NCBI GenBank assembly: GCA_963662285.2
Contig: CAXXMV010000001.1
Coordinates: 1,056,001 to 1,120,000 of the forward strand
Direction: 5' to 3'
DNA from: a bacterium
GTDB lineage: Bacteria > Hinthialibacterota > Hinthialibacteria > Hinthialibacterales > Hinthialibacteraceae
Length of the DNA: 64,000 bases
Position numbers and translations under genes: made by a program. The notes under the pieces were generated by a model. The model was given only the letters and a program-made list of their open reading frames with translations. It had not been told where the DNA came from and did not search any database. The first letter of the stretch is position 1; every line of letters starts with the position of its first letter. Shown piece by piece: positions 10,891-20,759 of the stretch.

Positions 10891-12138
10891 TTAAATCTTA
10901 GGCAACTCCCACGGCGAGCGGCGGTCGCGGTCAATATAGGTATTAGCGTCTTTGTCGCCGACGAATACTTCTTTATTTGGATCCCATTGCAATTTACGCT
11001 GCGTCCAGCGCGCAATGTTTATCAGATGGCATACCGTAGTTGATCGATGCGCCTCTTCAACATCGGCGATAGGCAACTCGCGGCTGCGTACGCAATCCAG
11101 GAAATTCTGCTGATGGTTATGACTGACGGGCAGTTTTATCTTGGTTTCTACTTTACCTAATTCTTCCGGATCAACTTTATACTTACCACGGTCAACCAAA
11201 ATAGAACCTTTTTCACCGACGAACAGGCCGCCGCCTTGTGGTCCCTTGTTATCCAATTTCAACAGGACGCCGTTGGCGTATTTCATGTTGACCACTTTAT
11301 CAAGAATCAGGGGATTACCTTCAGCCCATATTTCGACAGGGCCGGTTTTTTCCATTCCCAGCGCCCATTGAATCATATCCAGGCCATGCGCTCCCCAGCC
11401 GGTTACCTCGCCGCCCGAGTATGGCAGGATGGAAATCCAACCCGGCTTGGCGCGAGGCGTGTAGAGATCAGTGTGATATCCCCGTTTTTCGCATGGTCCA
11501 AGCCATCTATCCCAATCGAGACCTTCAGGCGTGGGTTGAGATGGGAAGGGTTGCTCCCAGGGGCTGGGGTAGTTGGCGCCATGCACCGTATGAATTTTGC
11601 CGACAACCTCGTTACGCACCAGCTCGCAACCGATACGGCTTTTTGCGTCTGATCTTTGTTGGCTGCCGCATTGAACAATGCATTTATATTTTCGCGCTGC
11701 ATCAGACATGGCGCGTCCTTCGGTGATGGTCAACGTCATAGGTTTTTCGACGTAGACGTCTTTTTTCGCCATACAGGCGTAGATGGAACATAAGGCATGC
11801 CAATGATCCGGGGTGGCGATGATGACTGCATCGACGTCTTTCGATTCAAGCAGCTGGCGGAAATCCTGATATTTCGCCCATTTCTTGCCTTGCGCGACCT
11901 TATCCATCCGGTCTTTATTCACATCGCTGATAGCGACGTATTGAAAGCCTTTAAGACGCTGAAAGTCTCCCATCAACTGGCCGCCGCGACGTCCAGGACC
12001 AATAACGCCCATACCAATAGTATCATTAGCGCCAAAAACTTTGGATGATACAATCATCGGCGCGGCCAATGCGACGGCGCTGGCGCTGCTCCCATTCTTT
12101 AGAAAACTTCTTCGAGAAACCTGTTTCGTGGTTTTCAT
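10891..12138 (-). CDS. Tat-exported Gfo/Idh/MocA oxidoreductase
   Basis: SRRSFLK twin-arginine motif; ATPDHWH, VYVEKP, LDWDRWLGP, WGAHGLD; AAGGAG RBS. Confidence 0.92.
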   Translation of the reverse strand: MKTTKQVSRRSFLKNGSSASAVALAAPMIVSSKVFGANDTIGMGVIGPGRRGGQLMGDFQRLKGFQYVAISDVNKDRMDKVAQGKKWAKYQDFRQLLESKDVDAVIIATPDHWHALCSIYACMAKKDVYVEKPMTLTITEGRAMSDAARKYKCIVQCGSQQRSDAKSRIGCELVRNEVVGKIHTVHGANYPSPWEQPFPSQPTPEGLDWDRWLGPCEKRGYHTDLYTPRAKPGWISILPYSGGEVTGWGAHGLDMIQWALGMEKTGPVEIWAEGNPLILDKVVNMKYANGVLLKLDNKGPQGGGLFVGEKGSILVDRGKYKVDPEELGKVETKIKLPVSHNHQQNFLDCVRSRELPIADVEEAHRSTTVCHLINIARWTQRKLQWDPNKEVFVGDKDANTYIDRDRRSPWELPKI

Positions 12139-12181
12139 GGTTGTCTCCTTATAATCAAATCATTTTATTAAAACAGAATTA

Positions 12182-13252
12182 CTATTCATTCTCAATTATT
12201 TGCATGGCGCCTTTTATATAACCTATGGCATAAGCCATCCCCGCATGCCAGGGAGCATTACATATCATTTGCGGAGTGTGGTCAGGTATCAAGACGCCGT
12301 TGTAACCGTTCTTATGTAGAATCCTCAGAATCTTCACCATATCAATATCGCCTTCATCAATGAAGACTTCACGATAGTCTGGAACTTTACCTTTTACATT
12401 ACGGAAATGCACATAGGCAAGAGCATTTTGTTTGCTGTAGATATCAGTGGTTTCATAGATATCGCCCTGCGACATCTCTTGCAGAGTACCCAGGCAAAAC
12501 TCCAATGCATTGTAGTGACTGGGGTACGCGTCCAATATTTTTTGATATAAATGCGGCTGATTCACTAACCTACCGTGACCGCGTAATGTCGGGGTGGGTG
12601 GATCATCCGGATGGGCGGCCAGCCGGACGCCGGATGCTTCAGCTACGGGAACAACCTCTTTCAAAAAGGCTGCATGGCGCCGCCATAATTCCTCAGATGA
12701 TACAGGCGCAACCTGCCCCGTTTCAGCGTCGGGATCATATACCATGTTCCATATTTGACCATTGGGAATCGGCGTTTCTTTAGGACCTTGAGCGCCGAGA
12801 AAACCAACTGACTCGGCGCCGCCTCTGGCGTAGGGGCCGTTCACATGCCCCCAAACTCCAGCGATGCTGAAATTATATCCCATGACAGGGATGCCGATCT
12901 TCCCCATACGCATGATAATAGTCTTAATATTCTCGATCTGCTCAACACGTTTGGGGCCATCAAGCAGAATATCATACCAATGAGATGGATCAAAATTTTC
13001 TATCGCTTCTAATTCCAGACCTTCATTGTTGATGCGGGTTTTGATATCGAGCAGTTCTTCTTCAGACCAGAGGTTATCCTGATTATTACTTATTCCCCAG
13101 GTACGGATTTCATCGGTTCCATGCAGCAGTTCACCAGCAAAATAGTTCACCATGTGCGCGATGATATGGGTGCAGCCCGCTTGTCTGGCGAAGCGGAAGT
13201 TATCCGTAGTCAACATGTGACGGTATAAACCCAAACCAATCTTCATTGTCAT
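12182..13252 (-). CDS. uxuA: Mannonate dehydratase
   Basis: MGYNF, LAAHPDDPP, EFCLGT, VHFRNV, EVFIDEGD, IPDHTP, AYAIGYIKG; start at 13252 or 13246. Confidence 0.88.
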   Translation of the reverse strand: MTMKIGLGLYRHMLTTDNFRFARQAGCTHIIAHMVNYFAGELLHGTDEIRTWGISNNQDNLWSEEELLDIKTRINNEGLELEAIENFDPSHWYDILLDGPKRVEQIENIKTIIMRMGKIGIPVMGYNFSIAGVWGHVNGPYARGGAESVGFLGAQGPKETPIPNGQIWNMVYDPDAETGQVAPVSSEELWRRHAAFLKEVVPVAEASGVRLAAHPDDPPTPTLRGHGRLVNQPHLYQKILDAYPSHYNALEFCLGTLQEMSQGDIYETTDIYSKQNALAYVHFRNVKGKVPDYREVFIDEGDIDMVKILRILHKNGYNGVLIPDHTPQMICNAPWHAGMAYAIGYIKGAMQIIENE

Positions 13253-13272
13253 CAGAAGCAATCCCTTCCAAC

Positions 13273-14031
13273 CTAAAAACCAATATTGGTTCCACCATCT
13301 ACGGGCAGCACGACGCCTGTTATATATTTCGCAACAGGGGAGCATAGATACGCAGCGGCGTAACCGACATCTTCCGCTTCACCCATGCGATCCATGGGAG
13401 TGCGCTCCAACGCATGATGCATCCGTTTGGAATCATCGGCTGACTGGCTTTGACCATCGTCGGTTATCAAGCCCGGAGCAATAGCATTCACCCGGACATT
13501 CTGAGGAGAAAACTCGGTTGACAAAGTACGCACCAGTCCGGTCTGAGCCGATTTGGCAGCTGCATAAGCCATTGGTTGAGGAAGCCCGAACATAGGCGAC
13601 ATCGCAACTATAAATATGATGGAACCATGCTTACGTTCGAGCATAGCCGGGGCGACAGCTCTGGTTAGAGCAAATGAACTCGTGACATGAGTATTTAAAA
13701 TATCAAACAATTCTTTATCGGTCGTGTCCAGCGATGGTTTTCTTAAATCAATGCCTGAATTGTTGATCAATATTGTCGGCGCTCCGATTTCATCCTTTAT
13801 ACGGCTAATAAAACCGGTGAATTTATCTGATTCAGTTATGTCAAACTCATAAGAAGAGGCTAGTGAGCCAATTTCTTGAACAGCTTGTTTTCCAACTGAT
13901 TTACTGAACTCAGCGATGACAACTTTGGCGCCCATTTGAGAGAGGCATTTCGATATCGCGAGACCAAGGCCGCTGCCTCCATCAGTAATTAATGCGATCT
14001 CACCGTCTAATGAAAATGGATATTGCTTCAT
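13273..14031 (-). CDS. SDR family oxidoreductase (gluconate/uronate dehydrogenase-like)
   Basis: ITDGGSGLG, NNSG, YAAAK, VNAIAPG, LPVDGG. Confidence 0.88.
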   Translation of the reverse strand: MKQYPFSLDGEIALITDGGSGLGLAISKCLSQMGAKVVIAEFSKSVGKQAVQEIGSLASSYEFDITESDKFTGFISRIKDEIGAPTILINNSGIDLRKPSLDTTDKELFDILNTHVTSSFALTRAVAPAMLERKHGSIIFIVAMSPMFGLPQPMAYAAAKSAQTGLVRTLSTEFSPQNVRVNAIAPGLITDDGQSQSADDSKRMHHALERTPMDRMGEAEDVGYAAAYLCSPVAKYITGVVLPVDGGTNIGF

Positions 14032-14090
14032 GCGTTATCGGTTACTCCGTGAATCAAATTTTTTTATCTATGCCATCAAGCCTTCGTTAT

Positions 14091-15233
14091 TTATGTCTGC
14101 ACCGAAATGTTCTCAAGTTTTTGTATATTCAAAATAGCGGCGCCTGTCGATTGGCGTTCAATCAGTTTTGTCCCTAGCAAAACGGTTTCCTGAGCTTTTT
14201 TAGGATGCCGTAAACGTTCCAGAAGGATTTGTAACGCCCTGATTCCCATATCCTGCTTTTCAATATGCACTGTAGTTAACGATGGCCGGCAGTTCTCTGC
14301 GATTGTAACATTATCAATACCGCAAACGCTTATCTTTTCAGGGATGCGGATGCCGCAATCCTGCAACTCATTCATGGCGCCAATCGCCATCATATCGTTG
14401 CCCGCCGCCACCGCTGTGAATGGTATATTCTTACGCAACGCTTTTTGAATCATATCCCTTCCAGACTGCGATTGCTTACCGCCTTTAAGAATATGAATCT
14501 GGTTGTCGCTATCCCGGCAGTAGATTTCCTGAAAACCAGACAACCTCTCTTCATAAGCGATATTATCTGGCTCTCCACTCAGATACAGGCATTGCTTATG
14601 ACCTTGCTCCATCAAATGCCTAGCCACTTTGCCGCCAATCTCTTTTTGATTGGAGGTCACGCAGTCGAAAGGATATTGTGATGATCTAAAGTTTATTAAT
14701 ACGCAGGGTAAATGAATTTTAACCAGATAATCCAGAAAAGCCGACGGCATTTGACCCGCCACAATGATTCCCGAGAGGTTTTTTAATATTGAATAGCGTT
14801 TAACAATCTGTAATTCGGAACTAATATTTTCGCCTTTAATGAAAGCGAGGTGAACCTGCCGGTTTTGAGCGGCTTGAGTAACGCCCATTAATATCTGAGA
14901 ATAAAATGGGTCTTCTTCAATGAATCTCTCCGGGCGTAACGCAAAGCCAATGGAATATTTTATATTATCGCTGGGTTCGTTGGCTACTACAAATGTACCT
15001 CTGCCGCGCACCGCTTCAACCATTCCCAATTGGTTTAATTTTTCCAGTGCTTTTCTAACTGTCATACGGCTTAAACCCGACATGTCGCAGATTTCTTTTT
15101 CGGTCGGGAGAAATCCACCAATTATAATCTGCCCACTTTGCACCAAACTAACGATTTGGTCGGTCAACTGCTGATAAGTGGGTATTGGAGAATTTCGGTC
15201 AATAACAAAAGCGAAATTATTTTGATCTTTCAA
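14091..15233 (-). CDS. AraR-type regulator (GntR HTH plus LacI sugar-binding domain)
   Basis: PTYQQL...LPTEKEI...SRMTVRKAL...RGRGTFV; C-terminal NDMMAIG, IPEKISVCGID, PSLTTV; TTG start. Confidence 0.9.
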   Translation of the reverse strand: MKDQNNFAFVIDRNSPIPTYQQLTDQIVSLVQSGQIIIGGFLPTEKEICDMSGLSRMTVRKALEKLNQLGMVEAVRGRGTFVVANEPSDNIKYSIGFALRPERFIEEDPFYSQILMGVTQAAQNRQVHLAFIKGENISSELQIVKRYSILKNLSGIIVAGQMPSAFLDYLVKIHLPCVLINFRSSQYPFDCVTSNQKEIGGKVARHLMEQGHKQCLYLSGEPDNIAYEERLSGFQEIYCRDSDNQIHILKGGKQSQSGRDMIQKALRKNIPFTAVAAGNDMMAIGAMNELQDCGIRIPEKISVCGIDNVTIAENCRPSLTTVHIEKQDMGIRALQILLERLRHPKKAQETVLLGTKLIERQSTGAAILNIQKLENISVQT

Positions 15234-15431
15234 TTATTCATCCTTTGCTATGAGTTTAATAAGAGATCAAATCGATCAAAAGATTGCTCAACTTATATTG
15301 ATACCATATACAAATAAAAAACGCAAGCAGCTGACTTATTTCAAAGATTTTTTATTTTCAATGAGCAGCACAACCAGTAACTTATATCATAACAGCATGT
15401 TACAGACAATTACACAATTACTAAACCATGG

Positions 15432-15460
15432 TTGACATATTTAACTGAGTATGATATTTT
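15432..15460 (+). promoter_or_regulatory. Sigma70-type promoter of the rightward operon
   Basis: TTGACA (15432-37), 17 bp, TATTTT (15455-60), with extended TG at 15452-53. Confidence 0.55.
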
Positions 15461-15475
15461 ATCCAAAATCACAAC

Positions 15476-15491
15476 ATTTGTATATACATAT
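15476..15491. promoter_or_regulatory. Candidate operator for the AraR-type regulator
   Basis: ATTTGTATATACATAT near-palindrome resembling the AraR box ATTTGTACGTACAAAT; the same ATTTGTATAT on the - strand at 15306-15315. Confidence 0.55.
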
Positions 15492-15516
15492 CCAAAGAAA
15501 CAGGAGAACTTTTCAC

Positions 15517-16428
15517 ATGACGCTCATTAAAAGATATTGTTTACTACTCAGTTGCATAGCCTTGCTGTCCGTTAGTTACGCAGCCGCTCAGGATGATTTA
15601 ACATTACGCGCCGAAACCAAAGATAGCGGCGTCTCCATATATGTCGGCGATAAACTGTTTACTCATTATAGAACATTACCTGATTGGAAATATCCCTATT
15701 TCTATCCAGTTAACGGTCCGTCATCCAACCAAAGCCTAACAACAGAAACATCTGAACCATACCCGCATCATCACTCCCTGTTTTTTGGATGCGATAAAGT
15801 CAATGGCGGCAACTATTGGCAGGAAGGTTTAGAGCGCGGTCAAATACTATCAAAGAAAATCAACTTAATTAAAAAAGAAGGCGCTCAGATTATTTTTGAA
15901 GACCAATGCCGTTGGGAACGCCCCGGCGCCGAACCTCCCATCGAAGACGCCCGCAAGATAATCATCAGCGCTCCTTCTAAAGATATCAGACTTATCGATT
16001 TCACCATCTCCCTCAAGGCTTTGATGGACGTGAAAATCGAGAAAACCAATCATTCCCTATTCTCCGCCAGAATGAAACCTGAATTATCCGTTCAACAAGG
16101 CGGAACCTTGATCAATGCCGATGGCCTGACATCAGAAAAGGGAACTTTTGGACAAGCCTCTCCCTGGTGCGACTATTCAGGCAAGCGGGATGGCAAAATT
16201 GAAGGACTGGCTATTTTATCCCATCCCAGCAACCGTTGGTTCCCTGAAAAATGGTTCACCCGCGATTACGGTTTCTTCTCACCAACTCCAATGTATTGGC
16301 CTGAAGGCGATCACACCGCCATCAAAAAAGGCGAAATCATCACATTACGCTATCGCGTCGTAGCTCATAGTGGAAACTCCGAGAGCGCGAAAATCCAATC
16401 AATTTATGAACAATGGAAAACTCGATAA
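15517..16428 (+). CDS. DUF6807 (PmoA-like, PF14100-type) secreted protein; not methane monooxygenase
   Basis: Signal peptide; YPYFYPV, PHHHSLFF, GLAILSHPSN, WFTRDYG; AGGAG RBS. Confidence 0.8.
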   Translation: MTLIKRYCLLLSCIALLSVSYAAAQDDLTLRAETKDSGVSIYVGDKLFTHYRTLPDWKYPYFYPVNGPSSNQSLTTETSEPYPHHHSLFFGCDKVNGGNYWQEGLERGQILSKKINLIKKEGAQIIFEDQCRWERPGAEPPIEDARKIIISAPSKDIRLIDFTISLKALMDVKIEKTNHSLFSARMKPELSVQQGGTLINADGLTSEKGTFGQASPWCDYSGKRDGKIEGLAILSHPSNRWFPEKWFTRDYGFFSPTPMYWPEGDHTAIKKGEIITLRYRVVAHSGNSESAKIQSIYEQWKTR

Positions 16429-16636
16429 CATTAATTTTTATTATAATTTGAAAGGAGGTGAATATCTGCAAAGAGCAAATCACAATCTTATTGTTGCAGA
16501 GATTAACTAAGAAATGCAAAAAATAAGACAACATTGAATTCTAATTGAGTAACAAATTAAATCATCCAGTTTGCCGGGAATGGATTACTCTTGCTGATAC
16601 AACGGAGAGAAACTGGACAATAGGGAGGTTTGATTT

Positions 16637-18445
16637 ATGTTATTACATCGAAAAATCGGATTATTGTTATTTATCATTTTGATTGCTTTCAATGCCAGTG
16701 CTCAGGATATCACGTTCTACTTTTCTGCAGGAGATTTTAGCGGTGAACCTGATCGTTTTGGAAATACGCACAAAGTTGTTCCTGAAGATGCTATCGACCC
16801 ACGTTTATTTGGAAATGAAGAATTACTGGATGTATATTTCGATGAAGACAACCTTTGGTTGAAATATCAAGAAGCGGGTAATGTGCTTTTGGTTTCCCAT
16901 GGACCCGGATTTTGGGAAGATGCGCCGGAATTGACTATGGAAATAACTCTGGCCCTGGCTGGGAAATACGAAGTTATTTTCAATTTCCTCGACTCCGATG
17001 AATTTCCAGATACCGGCCCTATCCAGGCAGCGCTGGAGGATGAGGAACTGGTTTTATATTCTCATTCAAACTCTATCGAAGCAACTGGCGGAACAAGGCC
17101 TGGTTATCCGACCGTAGGCAACGAGACATCAGGGAGTATGTTTTGGCATTCCGTAGTATTAGGAGAAGTTGAAGTTGATGCAGGCGGAGTTGTAAAAGTC
17201 CGGGTTGATGATACGCCCGGCGATGATTTCAATCTTCCATCAGAAGGATACGTCACATCCACCTTTCAAGGCGTTACTCTTAGAGTGATTGAATTGAGCG
17301 GTGGATTATCGGAAGTGCAAGTCAGCCCCGGCGCCACTGAATGGACCACAGACGTCAGCGGCAACCAGTTCCGCACCTGGGCGCAGGATGAAGCGGCTTA
17401 TCCAAATTTAGAGGACTGGTTGACCGTCAACGCAAATTCCAATTCTGACAGTTTATGGAATATCCGCGAAGGACTTGGACCATATGGACCGATTATCGAA
17501 TCTTTCCCCCCAGGCGGAGATGATGCTCCTCCTCTGCGAACATCTGTAATTTTCGCCCAAGGCGGAACCTATAAAGTATTCTTAAATATCGGTGATACTG
17601 GCGCCTCCGACCCAGTCGAAAACCTTGAAAGTCCAACCCCGCTCTTGTTTGGATTCGAAGGAGAAGAATTAGCCACCTATCATGCCAACGATGGCGAATT
17701 CAAAGGCACTCCCGGATACAATGACTATGAGATGAGTCTTGGTGAAATCACTGTTCAAGATGGTGAGGAGCGACATTTCATTATTGACGACGCAGTTGAA
17801 TATGAAAATGTACAGCGCACCGTCTACCTCGGTATGCGGTTTGAGTTGCAAGCGGATATTGTACTGGATGAATTCCAGGTCAGCCCCGGCGTTACTGAAC
17901 TTTATACTGACCTCGGTGGTAATCAGTACATGACGTGGCCGCTTGATGAAGCAGCTTATCCCAATCTAGAAGATTGGCTCACAATCAACGCCAGTTCCAA
18001 CTCAGATAGTTTGTGGAATATCCGCGAAGGACTCGGACCTTATGGCCCGATTCTGGAATCTTTCCCTCCAGGTGGAGACGATGCACCCACACTAAAAACC
18101 AGGGTTATTTTCTCCAGAGCGGGAACCTATGATGTATTCCTTAACGTCGGAGACATAGCCGCCTCTGAACCTGAAGAAAACCTCACAAATCCAACACCGC
18201 TTATGTTTGGATTCGAAGGCGGAGAGATGACAACCTATCATCCTAATGATGGCGTATTCAATGGTACGCCCGGCTATAACGACTATGAAATGAGCATCGG
18301 CCAAATCACTGTCGAAGCGGGTGAAGAACACGGCTTTCTAATCGATGACGCAATTGATTATGAAAATGTACAGCGCTCAGTGTATTTAGGCATGCGCTTC
18401 GTCATTGCAGAAGGGACAGCAGTTGACAGTTGGTCGCTTTATTAA
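16637..18445 (+). CDS. Secreted acidic protein with about three ~186-aa repeats and C-terminal VDSWSLY tail
   Basis: Signal peptide ending ASA-Q; DNA repeat offset 558 bp (17321 vs 17879); GGAGG RBS. Confidence 0.85.
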   Translation: MLLHRKIGLLLFIILIAFNASAQDITFYFSAGDFSGEPDRFGNTHKVVPEDAIDPRLFGNEELLDVYFDEDNLWLKYQEAGNVLLVSHGPGFWEDAPELTMEITLALAGKYEVIFNFLDSDEFPDTGPIQAALEDEELVLYSHSNSIEATGGTRPGYPTVGNETSGSMFWHSVVLGEVEVDAGGVVKVRVDDTPGDDFNLPSEGYVTSTFQGVTLRVIELSGGLSEVQVSPGATEWTTDVSGNQFRTWAQDEAAYPNLEDWLTVNANSNSDSLWNIREGLGPYGPIIESFPPGGDDAPPLRTSVIFAQGGTYKVFLNIGDTGASDPVENLESPTPLLFGFEGEELATYHANDGEFKGTPGYNDYEMSLGEITVQDGEERHFIIDDAVEYENVQRTVYLGMRFELQADIVLDEFQVSPGVTELYTDLGGNQYMTWPLDEAAYPNLEDWLTINASSNSDSLWNIREGLGPYGPILESFPPGGDDAPTLKTRVIFSRAGTYDVFLNVGDIAASEPEENLTNPTPLMFGFEGGEMTTYHPNDGVFNGTPGYNDYEMSIGQITVEAGEEHGFLIDDAIDYENVQRSVYLGMRFVIAEGTAVDSWSLY

Positions 18446-18490
18446 GGAAATAAAATGATAGCCTTAGCAATATATTAACCTTAATGAATT

Positions 18491-18526
18491 AGGGGAGGAG
18501 GTGTATATTTCCTCCTCCCCTTCTTT
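18491..18526 (+). terminator. Intra-operon hairpin/terminator
   Basis: AGGGGAGGAGG / CCTCCTCCCCT stem followed by TCTTT. Confidence 0.6.
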
Positions 18527-18542
18527 ATAATGGAGAAATTCC

Positions 18543-19190
18543 ATGAAGCGCCGAAACGGATTTACGCTGATAGAATTGCTGATCGTTGTTGCCATCATTG
18601 GGATTCTGGCCGCTATTGCAGTTCCAAACTTTCTCAATGCCCGCACCCGCGCCATTATTTCCCGTGGAATGGCGGATATGAAGAATCTAGGAACTGCTAT
18701 CGAACAGTTTCGTTTGGATCATAATTATTTGCTGATAGACTTTTGGGATGATGACACCCCTCAAGGCATCGAACGAATAGAAATACTTGGGATTCTACCA
18801 TACAACAACGGCCCGGATCGAACCATGATTCAGATTCTCGGTCCACTAACCACACCAGTATCATATATGTCAACCATACCGAAGGATCCATTTAATGTTC
18901 CCACCTCAGCCAAAGATACTGAGGCTTATGTCAAATACGCCAATGGGACTTATATTTACGGCGATAATGAACCTTATTATCCCGGAGAGAATCACGGCAT
19001 CAGCGCCCTACAGACTGCCAACGCCCAAGAGTCAAAACAACGCCCTCTCGCCAAAAACGAATGGGCGCTAATGGGCGTAGGTCCCGATGGCCTATGGCAA
19101 AACACCATGCGGGGTCTTCCCTACAATTCGTCTAACGGATTAGTTAGTTTAGGAGATATTGTCATTAGACAAGGCGGCGGGGGACAATAA
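18543..19190 (+). CDS. Prepilin-type N-terminal cleavage/methylation protein (pilin paralog 1)
   Basis: RNG|FTLIELLIVVAIIGILAAIAVPNF; LTTPVSY; YNSSNGLVSLGDI. Confidence 0.9.
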   Translation: MKRRNGFTLIELLIVVAIIGILAAIAVPNFLNARTRAIISRGMADMKNLGTAIEQFRLDHNYLLIDFWDDDTPQGIERIEILGILPYNNGPDRTMIQILGPLTTPVSYMSTIPKDPFNVPTSAKDTEAYVKYANGTYIYGDNEPYYPGENHGISALQTANAQESKQRPLAKNEWALMGVGPDGLWQNTMRGLPYNSSNGLVSLGDIVIRQGGGGQ

Positions 19191-19227
19191 ACAGTTTTAT
19201 CTACAATTTTTTGAAGGAGCGCCAATT

Positions 19228-20694
19228 ATGAACGAACATGAATCTCACCATACAGGTTGCAGTTGTGGACGCCGCAGTTTTGTGGCGACAATGGGCGCCA
19301 GTCTTGGAACGCTTGCCTTTCAATCTGTCGCTGCACAACCCGCATTCAGCCAAACCAATTCAAAAGAGCCAGCAACAATACTAGGAGCATTCCTCTATCC
19401 CCCGTCAGACACATTAAGGAAAAAAGGCCAGTGGTGGAGTTGGCCGGGAAACGATTTTGACGCTGAAGGCCGCCAAAAGCAGTATATGAAGGAACTTAGA
19501 AAAATTGAGCAAAAACTGAATATCCGCTTAACTATAACTGATCAACCGATTGCTGATCAACAAAGCGCTGATCAATTTATTAATCGCGCCCAACAATCCA
19601 ATCCCGATGGAATATTACTCATTCCCTTTTTCAATGGCCATTTCAACCTGCTCGACCATATCCTAAATTCAACATCTCTTAAGCCTGAGTTAATTAAATC
19701 CAATTCCTATATACCTGCCATAGTGTTCTGCTGCCTGGGAGTTCATCACGGCTCTATCATTAAATATCAACGCCAAGGCGTACACTACATTCAATCGCTG
19801 GACAATATGGAAGCAATTGAATACGGCCTGAAAATGATTCAAACCAAAAAATTCATGCAAAACAGCCGCATCATAAGCGTAGCTGGCGCAGAAGATGGTA
19901 AAGAAGCAACCATCCCGTTTTGGGGAACTAAAATAAGAAAAATATCTCTCAAGCGATTTGAAGAAGAAGTAAATAAAACCAAGATAGATGATGCAGTAAA
20001 AAAATTGGCGCGCTCATATAAAAGAAACGCCAAACAAACCATGGAACCAGCCGATCCGGAAATACTCCAGGCGGCCAGAGTTCACTTCGCCAATAAGCGA
20101 ATCCTCGCATCAGAACAGGGCGACGCTATGATGATGGATTGCCTGCGCCGGGGAGAATTAATGCCATGCATGAGTTTCATGACCCTACGAGATGAAGGCA
20201 TCGCCGCTGGATGTGAAAATGATCTAGGCCCGACCTTGACCTTGATGCTGGCCCAACAATTATTCAACCGGCCGGGATTTCAACATAATCCCTGCTTCGA
20301 GACGGAAAGCAACCATTACTTCGCCTCCCATTGCACTTCAGGATCAAAACTATTTGGCATAGATAAACCACAGGAGAAATATATCTTAAGAAACTATGGC
20401 CACACCAACGACCCGACTTGCTGCCCCCAGGTTTTATGGCGCGAAGGAGAAGAGGTTACCATGGCCCGATACATTCCCGGCGCTAATCCAGAGATGCTGG
20501 TCTATTCAGGCAAAGTGATGAAATCCTACGATATGCCTCCAGTAGGCGGATGCCGCACCAGCGTCGAGATATCAATTAATGAATTAGAGGACGCTTGCGG
20601 CGTAAAAGGTCACCATAATGTTATGTTCTATGGAAATTATGCAAGACGCTTAAAGCAGTTCTCAAGGTTATTCGGCATTTCAGTTATCACATAA
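19228..20694 (+). CDS. Tat-exported L-fucose/L-arabinose isomerase-like protein
   Basis: GRRSFV Tat motif; GCENDL, SHCT, GCRTSV, GHHNVMFYG; AAGGAG RBS before ATG 19228. Confidence 0.7.
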   Translation: MNEHESHHTGCSCGRRSFVATMGASLGTLAFQSVAAQPAFSQTNSKEPATILGAFLYPPSDTLRKKGQWWSWPGNDFDAEGRQKQYMKELRKIEQKLNIRLTITDQPIADQQSADQFINRAQQSNPDGILLIPFFNGHFNLLDHILNSTSLKPELIKSNSYIPAIVFCCLGVHHGSIIKYQRQGVHYIQSLDNMEAIEYGLKMIQTKKFMQNSRIISVAGAEDGKEATIPFWGTKIRKISLKRFEEEVNKTKIDDAVKKLARSYKRNAKQTMEPADPEILQAARVHFANKRILASEQGDAMMMDCLRRGELMPCMSFMTLRDEGIAAGCENDLGPTLTLMLAQQLFNRPGFQHNPCFETESNHYFASHCTSGSKLFGIDKPQEKYILRNYGHTNDPTCCPQVLWREGEEVTMARYIPGANPEMLVYSGKVMKSYDMPPVGGCRTSVEISINELEDACGVKGHHNVMFYGNYARRLKQFSRLFGISVIT

Positions 20695-20759
20695 CGCCAA
20701 CATTGATAATAAACGGACCTTTTTGATAATCGACCGAGAAACGCAAACTATATAATAGG

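Noticed and set aside
15517-16428. Methane monooxygenase pmoA
   Set aside because: Soluble secreted DUF6807-type protein without the multi-TM PmoA structure, and no pmoB/pmoC; the family name is a known misnomer.
16565-16617. Possible riboswitch (TCCAGTTT...AAACTGGA stem) upstream of the repeat protein
   Set aside because: No recognisable aptamer consensus; an Infernal/Rfam scan would be needed.
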